This document shows, in pieces, positions 26,940-37,300 of a DNA stretch of 47,815 nucleotides; the stretch's first letter is position 1, and each line of letters begins with the position of its first letter. Origin of the DNA: Thermoplasmatota archaeon (GTDB taxonomy: Archaea > Thermoplasmatota > JASEFT01); the NCBI GenBank assembly GCA_030018475.1, contig JASEFT010000002.1, forward strand, positions 26,037 through 73,851, read 5' to 3'. The notes under the pieces are model-generated. The model searched no databases. It was not told the origin of the DNA and was given only the letters and a program-made list of their open reading frames with translations. The position numbers were made by a program, and so were the translations under genes.

Positions 26940-27326
26940 TTACCCGTAAAATTTTTTAGTATATTTCTCTTTTACTTCTTCAAGCTCTTTAATTGCTTTT
27001 TCTAAAGCTACTTTTTTATCGCTGAGCTTGGCTTGCAGTGCTTTGATCTCAGGTATGAGCTCTTCCTTTTTCTCTGGCGCTTTAGCCTTTAGCTCTCTCA
27101 TACTAGAAGTTATTTCCTGCACTTCTTTTAGCGCTTTCTCCAAAGGCTCCTTTTTCTGGATGAGCTCAACTTCCATTTCTTTAACAGCCTTCAATTTTTC
27201 TTCTACGCTCTCAATACCTGTGATTGGTTTTGTAGTAGTTTTCTCTTTAAATTCTTTGAGCGCTGCTTCAAGCTCGTCTTTTTTCTTTTTTAGCTCTTCT
27301 TCTAACTTTTCTACAGCTTCAGCCAT
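26940..27326 (-). CDS. coiled-coil protein with C-terminal KEKYTKKFYG motif (same family as 7795 and 10614 C-termini)
   Basis: 128 aa, K/E/L heptad-like throughout. The C-terminus matches KK[YF]x(2,3)F[YW]G. Confidence 0.5.
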   Translation of the reverse strand: MAEAVEKLEEELKKKKDELEAALKEFKEKTTTKPITGIESVEEKLKAVKEMEVELIQKKEPLEKALKEVQEITSSMRELKAKAPEKKEELIPEIKALQAKLSDKKVALEKAIKELEEVKEKYTKKFYG

Positions 27327-27346
27327 TTTTTTTCACCCCTTTTCTT

Positions 27347-27523
27347 TTATTTTTTCTTTCTTCTCTTTGCAAGCGCAAGCTCTTTAGACCTATCTTTTAC
27401 CGTGGAATACCTCGTACCTGGACTCCTTGCTGTTGAATACAAAACAGAATATGTTGTTCCACTGCCCTTAACGCTACTTAACACTTTGTATTTTTTTGTT
27501 TTTTTCTTCTTTTCCTTTGCCAT
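27347..27523 (-). CDS. small lysine-rich ORF (58 aa) with strong SD, unannotated in track
   Basis: Minus-strand AAGGAGGGATAAAAAATGG. The translation MAKEKKKKTKKYKVLSSVKGSGTTYSVLYSTARSPGTRYSTVKDRSKELALAKRRKKK contains T-Y-S motifs like the TTYSPK repeats of ORF 11963. Confidence 0.35.
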   Translation of the reverse strand: MAKEKKKKTKKYKVLSSVKGSGTTYSVLYSTARSPGTRYSTVKDRSKELALAKRRKKK

Positions 27524-27571
27524 TTTTTATCCCTCCTTACTCAATTCGAGCTCATTTCTTCTTTCTTCTCC

Positions 27572-29533
27572 TCAGTCATATAATCCAGCTCCATACATAA
27601 CCTGAGCAAATTCTAGAAGCCCATCTACAGACCTAACCTCGTGTGGAAACAGAGGCATTTCAGTTATTGTAAAATTTGAAAATTTATTGTAGATATCTTT
27701 GACATAATCTAGCTCTCTTTCTGCTCGTGAGGCACAGAAACTGCAGCTGCTAAGGGGTGTGACTTTATTAATAACGATCTTATGCACAGGTATCTCAAGC
27801 TCCCGAAGCCTTTTAACTACGCGCTCTGTTTCAACAATACCCAGCTTCTCAGGAACTGTAACAACAACAAACTCAGTTCTACTCTCATCTTTTAAGAGAG
27901 AGATTAGGTTTTTAACAAGTTTCTTCTTGGTGAGCACGAGTTTCATACAATTGTAAAGAGAAACTATTTTTCGGTATTTCATCATGGTTTTGATAAGAGC
28001 GCTGAGCCAGTCCATAACTATCGCTGGAAGCTCGAGTAACTTTAACAAATGCCCGGAAGGAGCTGTATCTAAGATGAAAATATCGTATCTGCCTTCTTCA
28101 ATGAAGTCCATAATTTTAGTCAGGGCCATAAGCTCGTCTAAACCAGGTGGCGAGAGCTCTAGAGTTCTATCGAACATTTTTCTATCAAATGGCAAGTCTA
28201 TACCTGCACCACCAGTGATGAACCCTTCGAATATTTCGTCGATCTCTTTCTTATATGTTTGCTTAAATTCGTTTAATGCCTCGTCTGCATCCATTGCTAC
28301 AGCATACAGGTTTTCCTTTATCTGCAGCGGCTCTGTACCTATCAGCAAATCAAAACTCCTGCCTAGTGCCTGTGCTGGGTCGGTAGAAAAAATCAATATT
28401 TTCTTGTCAGGCAGCATTTTAGCAAGCTGTAGCGCGGTTGCAGCTGCTACGGTTGTTTTCCCTAACCCTCCTTTACCACCAAAGAGGTATAACTTGCGAG
28501 TACCATCAAACTTAATTTTCGGTCCGGGGGTTGGTGATATTTGTTCAGGTCCGTATCTCTTGATTAACTCATACTTGTATGATTTTCCAGAAAGAACTTC
28601 GCCGAACTTCTCGAGATTGCTTAACCCTTTAACTTCGTATGGTAACAAAGGGCTTTCGAGAATGTTGTGATTCGGGAATAAATTCTTGAGCTGCTCAATA
28701 TATTTTTTCTGCTTTTCAGCTCTAGATCTGCAAAAATCACATTCAGTAGATTGGTTAACTAGATTAACGATGATATTCTTTACGTTAATTTTATTCTTCT
28801 CGATGGTCTCGAGAAGTAATTTAGTCTCCTCCACACCCATTGATTCAGGTATTGTTACAGGCACAAATTCTGTCTTTCTAGGATCTGAGAAAAACGCTCT
28901 TATATTTTTCACATCTCTTATTTGCTGCTCTAAAAACCAATCCATTTCATCTTTTGGTAACTTTTTCCGTGCAAAGGTAGATCTTATATATCTGTGTTTA
29001 GCTTGCATTATACCTAAAATCTCAGCAAAGTCTTCTAACAGTTTGGGTAGGGAGAAGAAGCGCATCAAATGCCCTGTCGCTGCGGTATCTATTATGAAGA
29101 CATCGTAGGTATTCTCTTCTTTCATAAAATCTATGAGTTTCCGTACAGCCATGAGCTCGTCCATGCCTGGTATCGAAAGCTCGAAAAATCTTTCTAGATC
29201 TTGTGTATCGAGATAAGTGCCCCTATCTACTATGGTTTTAATGTATAGCTCGTTTTTTTTCTTGTATTCCCTTACAAGTTCTTCGGTATTTACTTCTAAA
29301 CCCCAGAGATTTTCATTAAGTTTAGTAATACTGCCACCGATCGTGCATTCGAATATATCTGAGAGTGAATGGGCAGGGTTTATCGAGACAAGCAAGGTTT
29401 TTCGGGCTTGTTTTGCTGTCAGTAGCGCTACCGCTGCAGCACATGTAGTTTTACCTACGCCACCTTTCCCGCCAAAAAATATGAGCTTTAAGTCTTTATC
29501 GCATAAAAAACTAGGTAATTCTTTAGTAATCAT
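27572..29533 (-). CDS. ArsA/GET3-family tandem (duplicated) P-loop ATPase
   Basis: Two halves each have GGKGGVGKTT/GGKGGLGKTT P-loops and DTAATGHLMRF / DTAPSGHLLKL switch-II signatures, plus CxxC pairs (ECDFC, SCSFC). 653 aa. Confidence 0.9.
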   Translation of the reverse strand: MITKELPSFLCDKDLKLIFFGGKGGVGKTTCAAAVALLTAKQARKTLLVSINPAHSLSDIFECTIGGSITKLNENLWGLEVNTEELVREYKKKNELYIKTIVDRGTYLDTQDLERFFELSIPGMDELMAVRKLIDFMKEENTYDVFIIDTAATGHLMRFFSLPKLLEDFAEILGIMQAKHRYIRSTFARKKLPKDEMDWFLEQQIRDVKNIRAFFSDPRKTEFVPVTIPESMGVEETKLLLETIEKNKINVKNIIVNLVNQSTECDFCRSRAEKQKKYIEQLKNLFPNHNILESPLLPYEVKGLSNLEKFGEVLSGKSYKYELIKRYGPEQISPTPGPKIKFDGTRKLYLFGGKGGLGKTTVAAATALQLAKMLPDKKILIFSTDPAQALGRSFDLLIGTEPLQIKENLYAVAMDADEALNEFKQTYKKEIDEIFEGFITGGAGIDLPFDRKMFDRTLELSPPGLDELMALTKIMDFIEEGRYDIFILDTAPSGHLLKLLELPAIVMDWLSALIKTMMKYRKIVSLYNCMKLVLTKKKLVKNLISLLKDESRTEFVVVTVPEKLGIVETERVVKRLRELEIPVHKIVINKVTPLSSCSFCASRAERELDYVKDIYNKFSNFTITEMPLFPHEVRSVDGLLEFAQVMYGAGLYD

Positions 29534-29567
29534 TTAGTGTGATTCCCCTTTCTCTTCACTGCTTTTC

Positions 29568-29852
29568 TCATCCTAAAATATCCATTCTTTTATTAAGATT
29601 CATACTGTTTACGCGGTTGGCTATTTTTAAGTTATGATTGAGCACATTGTTCCTTCTCTCATACTCTTCTTTAGAAATCTCGCCAAACTCATATAGGAGC
29701 CTGTTTTCTTTTAGCTGGTCGTTAATCTTATCAGGATTGTACACTTCTTGCAGTGTATGGTCTCTTATCTGCTCTACCAGCCAGATCATATCAAACGGTG
29801 GTATTGATATTCCGAGCATACGCAGAAATGCATCGTCTACAAAAAACGGCAT
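29568..29852 (-). CDS. gvpG: gas vesicle protein GvpG-like
   Basis: MPFFVDDAFLRMLGISIPPFDMIWLVEQIRDHTLQEVYNPDKINDQLKENRLLYEFGEISKEEYERR matches the GvpG pattern (L..L...A.E.YD...I...L.EL...YE.GEISEEEY...E..L). Confidence 0.6.
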   Translation of the reverse strand: MPFFVDDAFLRMLGISIPPFDMIWLVEQIRDHTLQEVYNPDKINDQLKENRLLYEFGEISKEEYERRNNVLNHNLKIANRVNSMNLNKRMDILG

Positions 29853-29860
29853 TTTTTAGT

Positions 29861-30262
29861 TCACCTCCTTATCCTATATCTTGGTTTTTTACCTTTTTTA
29901 GTCCCTTTCTTTTTTAATTGCAGGGCGCGATCAAACTCATCTATAATTTCGGACCTTCTTCTCTCATATTTTTCTTTTGTTATTTTACCAGATTCGTAAA
30001 GTGTCTTAATTTCTTTAAGAGGCTTTTCTAAAGACTTAGTAATTTCAAGTCTTTTCGAGAGCTCAGAGTTTATTTTCTCATAATCTTCTTTAGTTATCTC
30101 CTCTGCCTCATAAAGCAACTTGTTTTCTTCAAGCGCAGCTTTGATTTTTTCAGGATCGTAAACTTCTAAATAAGCAAGATCTCGTATTTTTTTAAGTATT
30201 TGAGTAGAGAGCTCGGTAGTAGGTTCGATAAGAAGCTTGTATGCTAGATATGAGAAGACCAT
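29861..30262 (-). CDS. GvpG-like protein (second copy, with duplicated YE-GxITKExYE motif)
   Basis: LAYLEVYDPEKIKAALEENKLLYEAEEITKEDYEKINSEL and LYESGKITKEKYERRRSEI. Confidence 0.5.
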   Translation of the reverse strand: MVFSYLAYKLLIEPTTELSTQILKKIRDLAYLEVYDPEKIKAALEENKLLYEAEEITKEDYEKINSELSKRLEITKSLEKPLKEIKTLYESGKITKEKYERRRSEIIDEFDRALQLKKKGTKKGKKPRYRIRR

Positions 30263-31753
30263 TTAGCTCACCTCTTTTCTTCCGACTTCTATACCTTTTG
30301 CACCGATCTTGACGCATACAAAACTATAGGGCGGCCAGGGCCCGGAATATTTAAGTATCAGATCCTTATATCTTTCGCTTAGTTGCCCAATTTCTTTAGA
30401 GAAGTCTTTTATTTTATGCTTGGGGACTAGGTAAGAGGCGTTTAGAATCAGCCTATCGCTAAACAATCTGCCTCTGACCGCTTCCGCAGCTTTTTTAGTG
30501 AGTGTATTGAAAATTTTTTCTCCCTCATTCTTAAGCTTTATCTTCTTCTTATCATCTAAAGATTTCACGGCCTGCTTAGGCACGATAGCTTTTACGCCCA
30601 GTTCGACTTTGTTATCTATCAATTTTGTACATTCTTTTAGAGCCTTATAGGCTTTTTTTATTAACACCCTTAGGATTTTCGGATTCTTGAAAACCTGTCC
30701 AAACGCAGCAGGAACTATAGAATACTTTTCTAACACTTTTCTTACAACTCCTTCGTGCGTTCTGGAATATTCTTCGGTCACAGAATAGTCTTTCACAGGC
30801 GTATCGCTAACAACTGCTGCTAAATCTTTGTAATTAATTGTATAGACCCTGCTTCCATCGCCTATTCCAATATTTCCAAACCTTATTTCTTTTTCAGGTG
30901 CAGGTATTATGCCGTAGAGATATTTACCTTCCGGGACTTTTAGTTTGAGTTTTCTTTCAGCTTCTGATTTAGCATAGCTTGCGAGCTCTACAGCTTTTGG
31001 TATTAGTTTGATAGTTTTATCATATTTTGCAGCACTAAATACTTTCTTTATTTCAGCGAACGATTTCTCCACTTCTTGCATTATCTCAGGAACATATTTT
31101 AGCGCTTTTGCTTCCCTAGCTTCTTCAACTGCTTTTCTCAGACTTGTCAATGCATTCTTTGCCTTTTTCCTCTTTTCTTCTACTTTCTTCTTCCGTACCT
31201 CTTCCAGTTTAAGCTTCCTTTCTTCTTCAAGCCTTCTTTCTTCCTCTAATTTCTTCTTCCGCTCAGCTTCTCTCTTCTTTCTCGCTCTTTCAAGTTTTTT
31301 CTTCCTTTCTTCCTCAAGTAATCTTTTCTCCTCTAATTTTTTTCTAAGCTCAGCTTCGCGCCTCTTTCTCTCGGCTTCCTTCCTTCTCTCCTCCACTTCC
31401 AAAACCCTGCGGTATGCAGAATTGAGCTCTTTTAACTGCCTAAAATGCTCTGCAAGAATACAAAGCCAAGAGCCCTCTTGGCCTTTAACCAAAAAAGGTC
31501 TATAGCCTGGAAAAGAGCCTCTACCGATAATCTTTACACTCTCAAGAGTTTTGCCAGCGAGTTCAGGTAAAGACTTGCACAGCTTGTTTATTTTGCTCAG
31601 TTTATCAAAATCTTCAGTTCTAATATAGAGATAGAGACCTCTCTGTCCACTTACTGAAAAAGGTTCTTCTCCACTTCTCTTACCAATAATTTCAAGCTTT
31701 TCAAGAGGCTTTAATTTTATCCTAGCCATTCCCTCACCAGTTGCTTTACTCAA
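30263..31753 (-). CDS. GvpF/L-family protein with N-terminal tandem novel domain and E/R/K-rich coiled-coil linker
   Basis: The C-terminal 250 aa are GvpF/L (YLYGIIPAPEKEIRFGNIGIGDGSRVYTINYKDLAAVVSD...YSGPWPPYSF). The N-terminal 115 aa are the duplicated domain shared with ORF 23578. The middle ~90 aa are an ERK repeat. Confidence 0.7.
   Translation of the reverse strand: MSKATGEGMARIKLKPLEKLEIIGKRSGEEPFSVSGQRGLYLYIRTEDFDKLSKINKLCKSLPELAGKTLESVKIIGRGSFPGYRPFLVKGQEGSWLCILAEHFRQLKELNSAYRRVLEVEERRKEAERKRREAELRKKLEEKRLLEEERKKKLERARKKREAERKKKLEEERRLEEERKLKLEEVRKKKVEEKRKKAKNALTSLRKAVEEAREAKALKYVPEIMQEVEKSFAEIKKVFSAAKYDKTIKLIPKAVELASYAKSEAERKLKLKVPEGKYLYGIIPAPEKEIRFGNIGIGDGSRVYTINYKDLAAVVSDTPVKDYSVTEEYSRTHEGVVRKVLEKYSIVPAAFGQVFKNPKILRVLIKKAYKALKECTKLIDNKVELGVKAIVPKQAVKSLDDKKKIKLKNEGEKIFNTLTKKAAEAVRGRLFSDRLILNASYLVPKHKIKDFSKEIGQLSERYKDLILKYSGPWPPYSFVCVKIGAKGIEVGRKEVS
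31195..31400. repeat. ~105-bp imperfect tandem duplication within the E/R/K linker-coding region of ORF 30263..31753
   Basis: Two consecutive ~35-codon units encode LEEKRLLEEERKKKLERARKKREAERKKK and LEEERRLEEERKLKLEEVRKKKVEEKRKK. Confidence 0.4.
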
Positions 31754-32561
31754 CTGTCTTTCTATTCAGCTCTACAGACTGCAAAAACTTACTCAAAAAC
31801 TTGCTGGCTTGCACATGCTCGTTAAGTATACCTCTTATTTTAGGCTCTGCACCTTTTGGAGGTTTGTAGAGCTTTGTTTTAACTTTATACTCGCATTTCA
31901 GCAAGCCTTTTTCTTCTAGCGAATGGAGCAGGGGATAAATTGTGCCAGGGCTTAGCAAGATGTTAAATTCTTTATGCACAGTCTTTATTATATCTGTACC
32001 GCACATAGGCTTGTTAAGTATTAATGCTAGGACGATAGTCTCAAGCTCGTTTTTAACAAATCTCTCTATAAACTCGTCTGAGATATTTGACTTGTCAAGC
32101 GTTTCCGAAGAAAGAACAGTGATATCGCTAGCTGTAAGCATGAGTTTGTCATGGCATTCCACTAACTCTTTTATAATCTTAGGGTCGAGCTTAGAGGCGT
32201 CATAGGTGCATAACATAAGCTGGTTTTTGCCTGCTCTCGCAAGACTCTTCTCTATTTTCAAATGCTCCTCTTTATCTATGGAGCCTGCATCTACGAGAAT
32301 TCTCAGTTTGTCGTTAAAGTTAATTCTACCAAGCCCACTAGGCTTGATAATAGAAATATCGAAATTCAATCCTTTAAGCTCTTGAGATACTGCATCAGGT
32401 TCGTCATTAGTTATATAAACTACCTTTTCATCTTTAGCTGCAGAGCCTATGAAAGGCGCATGAATTGCATATTTGTTCACATCAGGTGTATACAAATGCA
32501 AAGTATGCTTTGCTATAGCAGAAAGAATTGTATTTATCGCCGATATTTTGCCTTCTTCCAT
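31746..32561 (-). CDS. KaiC-like (P-loop-degenerate) domain fused to C-terminal PadR-type winged helix; candidate gvp regulator (paralog of 5895..6911)
   Basis: C-terminus NELETIVLALILNKPMCGTDIIKTVHKEFNILLSPGTIYPLLHSLEEKGLLKCEYK. The N-domain has RecA-like strand/helix alternation without GK[ST]. Confidence 0.55.
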   Translation of the reverse strand: MEEGKISAINTILSAIAKHTLHLYTPDVNKYAIHAPFIGSAAKDEKVVYITNDEPDAVSQELKGLNFDISIIKPSGLGRINFNDKLRILVDAGSIDKEEHLKIEKSLARAGKNQLMLCTYDASKLDPKIIKELVECHDKLMLTASDITVLSSETLDKSNISDEFIERFVKNELETIVLALILNKPMCGTDIIKTVHKEFNILLSPGTIYPLLHSLEEKGLLKCEYKVKTKLYKPPKGAEPKIRGILNEHVQASKFLSKFLQSVELNRKTVE

Positions 32562-32613
32562 TTATAATCACTTCTATTTTTGTTGCATAAGTTAATTTCT
32601 ATATATAGATTTC

Positions 32614-33822
32614 GTGTCGAGTTCCGATACACAGTTTGACAACTTGATGGCGAAATCGCTACGCTTATATATTATCAAAAGAAATTTTCTTTTTGTGAGA
32701 ATAGCGCAAGTAACGCCTTATTTTTATCCTCATATTGGAGGAGTAGAATCGCGCGTAATTAATACTTCAAAATATCTTGTTAAAAAAGGCCATGACGTTA
32801 CTGTGTTCACATCGCTACTTCCCAATACAAAAGAATATGACTTTTATGAGGGTATTGAGATAAGGAGAGTAAAGCCGTTATTTACAATTTACAAAACTCC
32901 AATAACGCCTAAACTTACTAAGATTATTAAAGATTTTGATTTGGTGGATGCGCACACTCCGCCACCTTTGCAAGCTTATTATGCAGCGGTAGCTTGTAAA
33001 TTACAAAAAATACCTCTTGTACTAACATATCATTGTGATCCTGAAATTCCATCCTTGATTGGTAAATTGATAGTTAGTATTTACAATATCACATTAGGGC
33101 AGTACACAATGAATGTAGCAAGTAGAATAATTGTTACAACCTCTGGCTATGCCGCAACCTCCAGAACTCTTTGGAAGAGCTCAGTTACTGTCATGCCTAC
33201 GCCTGTGGACACTAACATTTTCAAGCCCGACTTAAATTCAGGTATAGCTATTAGGAAGCGCTATAACCTAAATAACAACGATTTTGTTGTGCTTTTTGTA
33301 GGTCGACTTGTAGCACATAAAGGCTTGGAGTATTTGATAAGCTCAGCCAAACATACAAATGCAAAATATCTTATTGTCGGTACTGGCGAGCTTAAGGCAA
33401 AAATAGAGAAGCAGGTAGCAATTGAAAACTTAAAGAGCAAAATAATTTTAGCAGGCAGAGCAGATGAAAATGCGCTGCCAGGTTATTACAATGCCTGCGA
33501 TGTTCTAGTACTACCATCAACATCAAGACTTGAGGCTATGGGACTTGTGGTTTTAGAGGCGCTTGCCTGCGCTAAGCCAGTGATTGTCTCGGACATTCCA
33601 GGCGTTAAAGAGACGGTAGTAGATGGTAAAGACGGCTTTTATGTAGAGCCTATGAGCGGAAAAGCGCTTGCTGATAAAATTAACTATCTTGCAGAGCATA
33701 TAGAGCTTTGTAAAGAGTTTGGTAAGTATGGCAGAGAGAAAATTGTTCAAGAACTAACTTGGGATAAGGTAATTGATAAAATTGAAAGAGTATATTTAGG
33801 GGCAGTAGAAAATGCAAGATAA
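32614..33822 (+). CDS. GT4-family glycosyltransferase
   Basis: RIAQVTPYFYPHIGGVE is a typical GT4 N-terminus. E..G.vvLEALACAKPVIVSD contains the GT4 EX7E-region. The probable true start is downstream: ATG at 32644, or GTG at 32695 giving VRIAQV. Confidence 0.8.
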   Translation: MSSSDTQFDNLMAKSLRLYIIKRNFLFVRIAQVTPYFYPHIGGVESRVINTSKYLVKKGHDVTVFTSLLPNTKEYDFYEGIEIRRVKPLFTIYKTPITPKLTKIIKDFDLVDAHTPPPLQAYYAAVACKLQKIPLVLTYHCDPEIPSLIGKLIVSIYNITLGQYTMNVASRIIVTTSGYAATSRTLWKSSVTVMPTPVDTNIFKPDLNSGIAIRKRYNLNNNDFVVLFVGRLVAHKGLEYLISSAKHTNAKYLIVGTGELKAKIEKQVAIENLKSKIILAGRADENALPGYYNACDVLVLPSTSRLEAMGLVVLEALACAKPVIVSDIPGVKETVVDGKDGFYVEPMSGKALADKINYLAEHIELCKEFGKYGREKIVQELTWDKVIDKIERVYLGAVENAR

Positions 33823-34372
33823 AAAAGGCATTGCCAGGCTGATAGAGTTCTTTATGGTTTTTACAATATTTATTATAATAATTGGTGGCTTTTATGCAAT
33901 AGTTAATATCTACAGACCTGCGATTATGAGCTATCTAGAAGAAGATACTATGAGGCTTGTAGAGCTTTTAATTAGCCAGCCTGGGTTCTATACTGATACT
34001 GCAATCGATAATTGGGAAGATTATGGGTATGAGGAGATAATTAATGCCGAGAATAAAAGTATTGGGCTGGCAATAAATTCTACAGTAAGAGTAGACAATC
34101 AAACTTACGGTATTTTACACTGGGGCAAAATTCATAAACTTATAAATAATACTACTGAAGAGTGGTATGAATGTGTGAGGTCTGTGCTAAAGCTAAAAGA
34201 GGGAGGCTATCACCTAAACATTACTTTTACTAATCTTACAACTAACGAGAAATATTATTTCGGCAATGAGAGCGCTGGTAAATATGGCTTTTGCTGGAAA
34301 AGAATAACAGTTGTATACAATGGAAATTATATTCCTTTCGCTATTGAGGTACGGTTAGCTAAGCGCCAGTAA
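33812..34372 (+). CDS. N-terminally anchored secreted glycoprotein, possible class III (type IV pilin-like) signal peptide
   Basis: MQDKKG-IARLIEFFMVFTIFIIIIGG is a short basic N-terminus, then G, then a hydrophobic stretch with E at +6. Multiple N-x-S/T sequons. Confidence 0.4.
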   Translation: MQDKKGIARLIEFFMVFTIFIIIIGGFYAIVNIYRPAIMSYLEEDTMRLVELLISQPGFYTDTAIDNWEDYGYEEIINAENKSIGLAINSTVRVDNQTYGILHWGKIHKLINNTTEEWYECVRSVLKLKEGGYHLNITFTNLTTNEKYYFGNESAGKYGFCWKRITVVYNGNYIPFAIEVRLAKRQ

Positions 34373-34375
34373 ATT

Positions 34376-37300
34376 TTACTCTTTAAAAACTGCGCCGCAC
34401 TTAGGGCATTTCTTAGCAGTTATTGGTACAAAAGCGCCGCATTCAGAGCATTTAGCAAGCTCTTCTTCTTTAGCTTCTTCAAATTCGACTCCGCAGAAAA
34501 CGCATTTTCGTAGTGAAGATGGTATTTTTTTACTGCATTCGCTGCATTCTGTGAACTCTTCCTTCTTGAGCTTTGCTTTCAAAATTACTAAATAAGCTTT
34601 GAGTTTCTTTCTCATTACGAAGCATATTGCAATAACGATTACTACGATTACTATCGCAACAATTACTGGGAGGATATCAAAAGGTTTTGGAGGGGGCGCT
34701 AGAACTACCAGCGATTTTTCAGTAATAGCTTGCAAGTTAAAGTGGGGGTCAGTTACAGAAACTGCTATCCCATAATTACCACCGGTCCCGGGTGCAGCAA
34801 TTTCCTTCTCGTATTTGCCATTAGCATCTGTATTTGTAGAATAAGTTATATGGTCTATAGTGATAGTAACTAGTGCATTTGCCACTCCAGGCTTCGTACT
34901 GAGATTATATCTAACAGTGCCTGACATAATTAACAATCCACCAGCCTCTATAATTTCGGTACTCAGCTTAGCTGTTAGTTCTAGTGCTGTAGGCACAACT
35001 ACAATTTGCTGATAATCCTTCTTAAGCTCAGTATTGTTTTCTAAACTGAAGTATTGGTAAAAGCTTTCATTCCCATAGCTCAGATTAAGAATATAGTTCT
35101 TTGTATGTATAACTCCTTTAGCTGTAAGTTCTTCAGCAAGTAGTCGTACAAGCGCTATTCCGTTCTCGTCAGTCCTGTTCATGCCTAGAATCTGGATATA
35201 GCTCTCTTTCTCTCTAGAATAAATTCTAATCTCTGCATCTGGTATCCCGCTACCTAATTTATCTATAAAATTAACTTTAAGCCACCAGTATCTATAGAGA
35301 GTTGCATTTCCTAAAACCTCTGCAGGCGCTGTAACATTTATAAGTTCTATAATACCATGCTCAAATACTAGTTTCGATGCTAAACTTGTGTTCTGAATTC
35401 TAGATTTCTGAGCTTGCAAACTAATTGAAGGTGAGTTAAGAACTGAGTTTTCTATGTAAATGGAATTTGCGTTTACTAATATATTCTTGCTTGCGAAGTT
35501 AGTACTTTCAGTTACTAGCTCGTCACAAGTAATATTTAAAGATCCGTTGAATAAGCTTCCGGTTGAAAAAATATTTGTAGAGCCTTTTGTAATGACATTT
35601 AAATTCAAAGTTGAGTTTGTAACAGATAAATTACCATCATATACATGCATACACAATTGATAATTGCTCTTTATTGTACTGTTGTGTAAAACAATTCCAG
35701 CACCTTGTAGCGCTATCATTTCGTTTTCCCAGTCAAAAGTTTGAGGAATAGTCAAAGTGGAGTTAGAAATTAATAAATTGCAGCCTCTTATTACAATATT
35801 GCTAGGCCATAGATAGTCATGCTCTATAGTTCTATCTGATTCTAAAACAAGGTCGCCTCGTTTAGCAGAATAAATTAACAAACTTGTAGTAAGCTCGTTG
35901 TTAGTAAGTATTCGTTCGCTCGGTGTGCAGTTAGTTAATTTTACAGTCACATTTACTTTACCATAAATATTAGAAGTATTAAAAGAGCTGCTTATATTCG
36001 CTGTGGTGTTTGCAGAGATATAAAAAGAGCTTTTCGCCAGCAATGTATTATCAACATAAAATTCTGCTTCATAGCTGGCGCTTGTTTCACCTAAATTGCC
36101 AATTGTACCAAAAATAGTTATAATATCATTTTCTATAGGATAGCAATCTGAAAAACTAATACTCTCAATGTACAAATCAGGTCTTGATAGCACAATAACA
36201 TGGACCCATGCGATATTATTTCCTTCGTCAAGTTCCGGTGTTCTATTCAGCTCATCTACAATCGCTGTAATATTATGAACTTCGCTAGGAACAGTTGCGG
36301 TTGCAGTCCAATCAATATAGAGTTCTACCGCTCCATTAGTAGGTATATGAGCAATGTCTTCTTCGTGAAATAATTCTCCGTTATCTAGAAGTTTTAGATT
36401 CACACTATAGCCTGACGTTGTGCCGAAATTATTTACCTTTACATTAATTTTTATAACTTCACCTTCTATAAGCGGTTCAGCTGTAGCAAGCTTTGTAATA
36501 GTAAAGTCGGGCACAAGCTCTTCAAAACTTATAACAACGAGCTCAGTATTGTGCTCAGCTTCAATTAGTGGGAAATATTTAAAGCTTGCATTCCTTAGTT
36601 TGCTGTAAGTTTGATACCGCGCTGTGATATTATAATTACCAACAAATTCTGAGTTAGGCCATTTTGACGGTAGCATTAAATCGCTAAGTAGCGGTATGGT
36701 TGCTTTACCAGCGAGAGTGCGATTGTAATTACTCAAGTCTCTACCTAGATATTGCAGAATAACAGCAGGAGGCGGAGTTACAAGAGTAGCATTACTCTCT
36801 ATAATAAGTTCTACATTATCTATAGACATTCCAGGCAGGTCAGTAGTTCTAATTTCAAGCCATTTATAGAATAGTATTTGAGAAGTGCTGTCTGATATAA
36901 ATGGCGGGTTGCCTTTATAAGGTATACCGCCAGTCTCAGAAGAATCCACTGTAACGTTATAAAGATAGACTTTTGAATTAAATTTAGCTCTTAAAACGTT
37001 ATGAGTCAAACTTGCATCTATAAAATAAGTCTCAGGCGTTGTTTCTTGTACATTGCCGGTAGGATCTGTATCACCAACTCTAAAGTCTAAATCCATATAT
37101 GTATTAATTGCGTGGAGCGTAGAATTTGTCAGAGATATATCATTTTCATAAGAAAATACCAGCTTTACACTATGGAAAGTTACATTGCTTTTAGTATCAT
37201 TTTCCAAATCGTTGTTTTCAAACTTTACTCTGATCCTTTCGAGCTCTCCTATTGTGCGTATACCGCTAGTGAACAGTTCATAACTCTCAGTTGCAGTCTT

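Noticed and set aside
27028-29537. Plus-strand ORFs 27028..27387, 27402..27605, 27759..27956, 27984..28670, 28686..29108 and 29217..29537
   Set aside because: All lie antisense to the well-supported minus-strand FYG coiled-coil and ArsA genes. Their products are Ser/Phe/Leu-rich, as expected for reverse translation of K/E codons.
31008-31505. 165-aa plus-strand ORF rich in S/F/L
   Set aside because: It is antisense to the E/R/K repeat region of GvpF/L 30263..31753. Its composition is the mirror image of poly-E/K/R codons.
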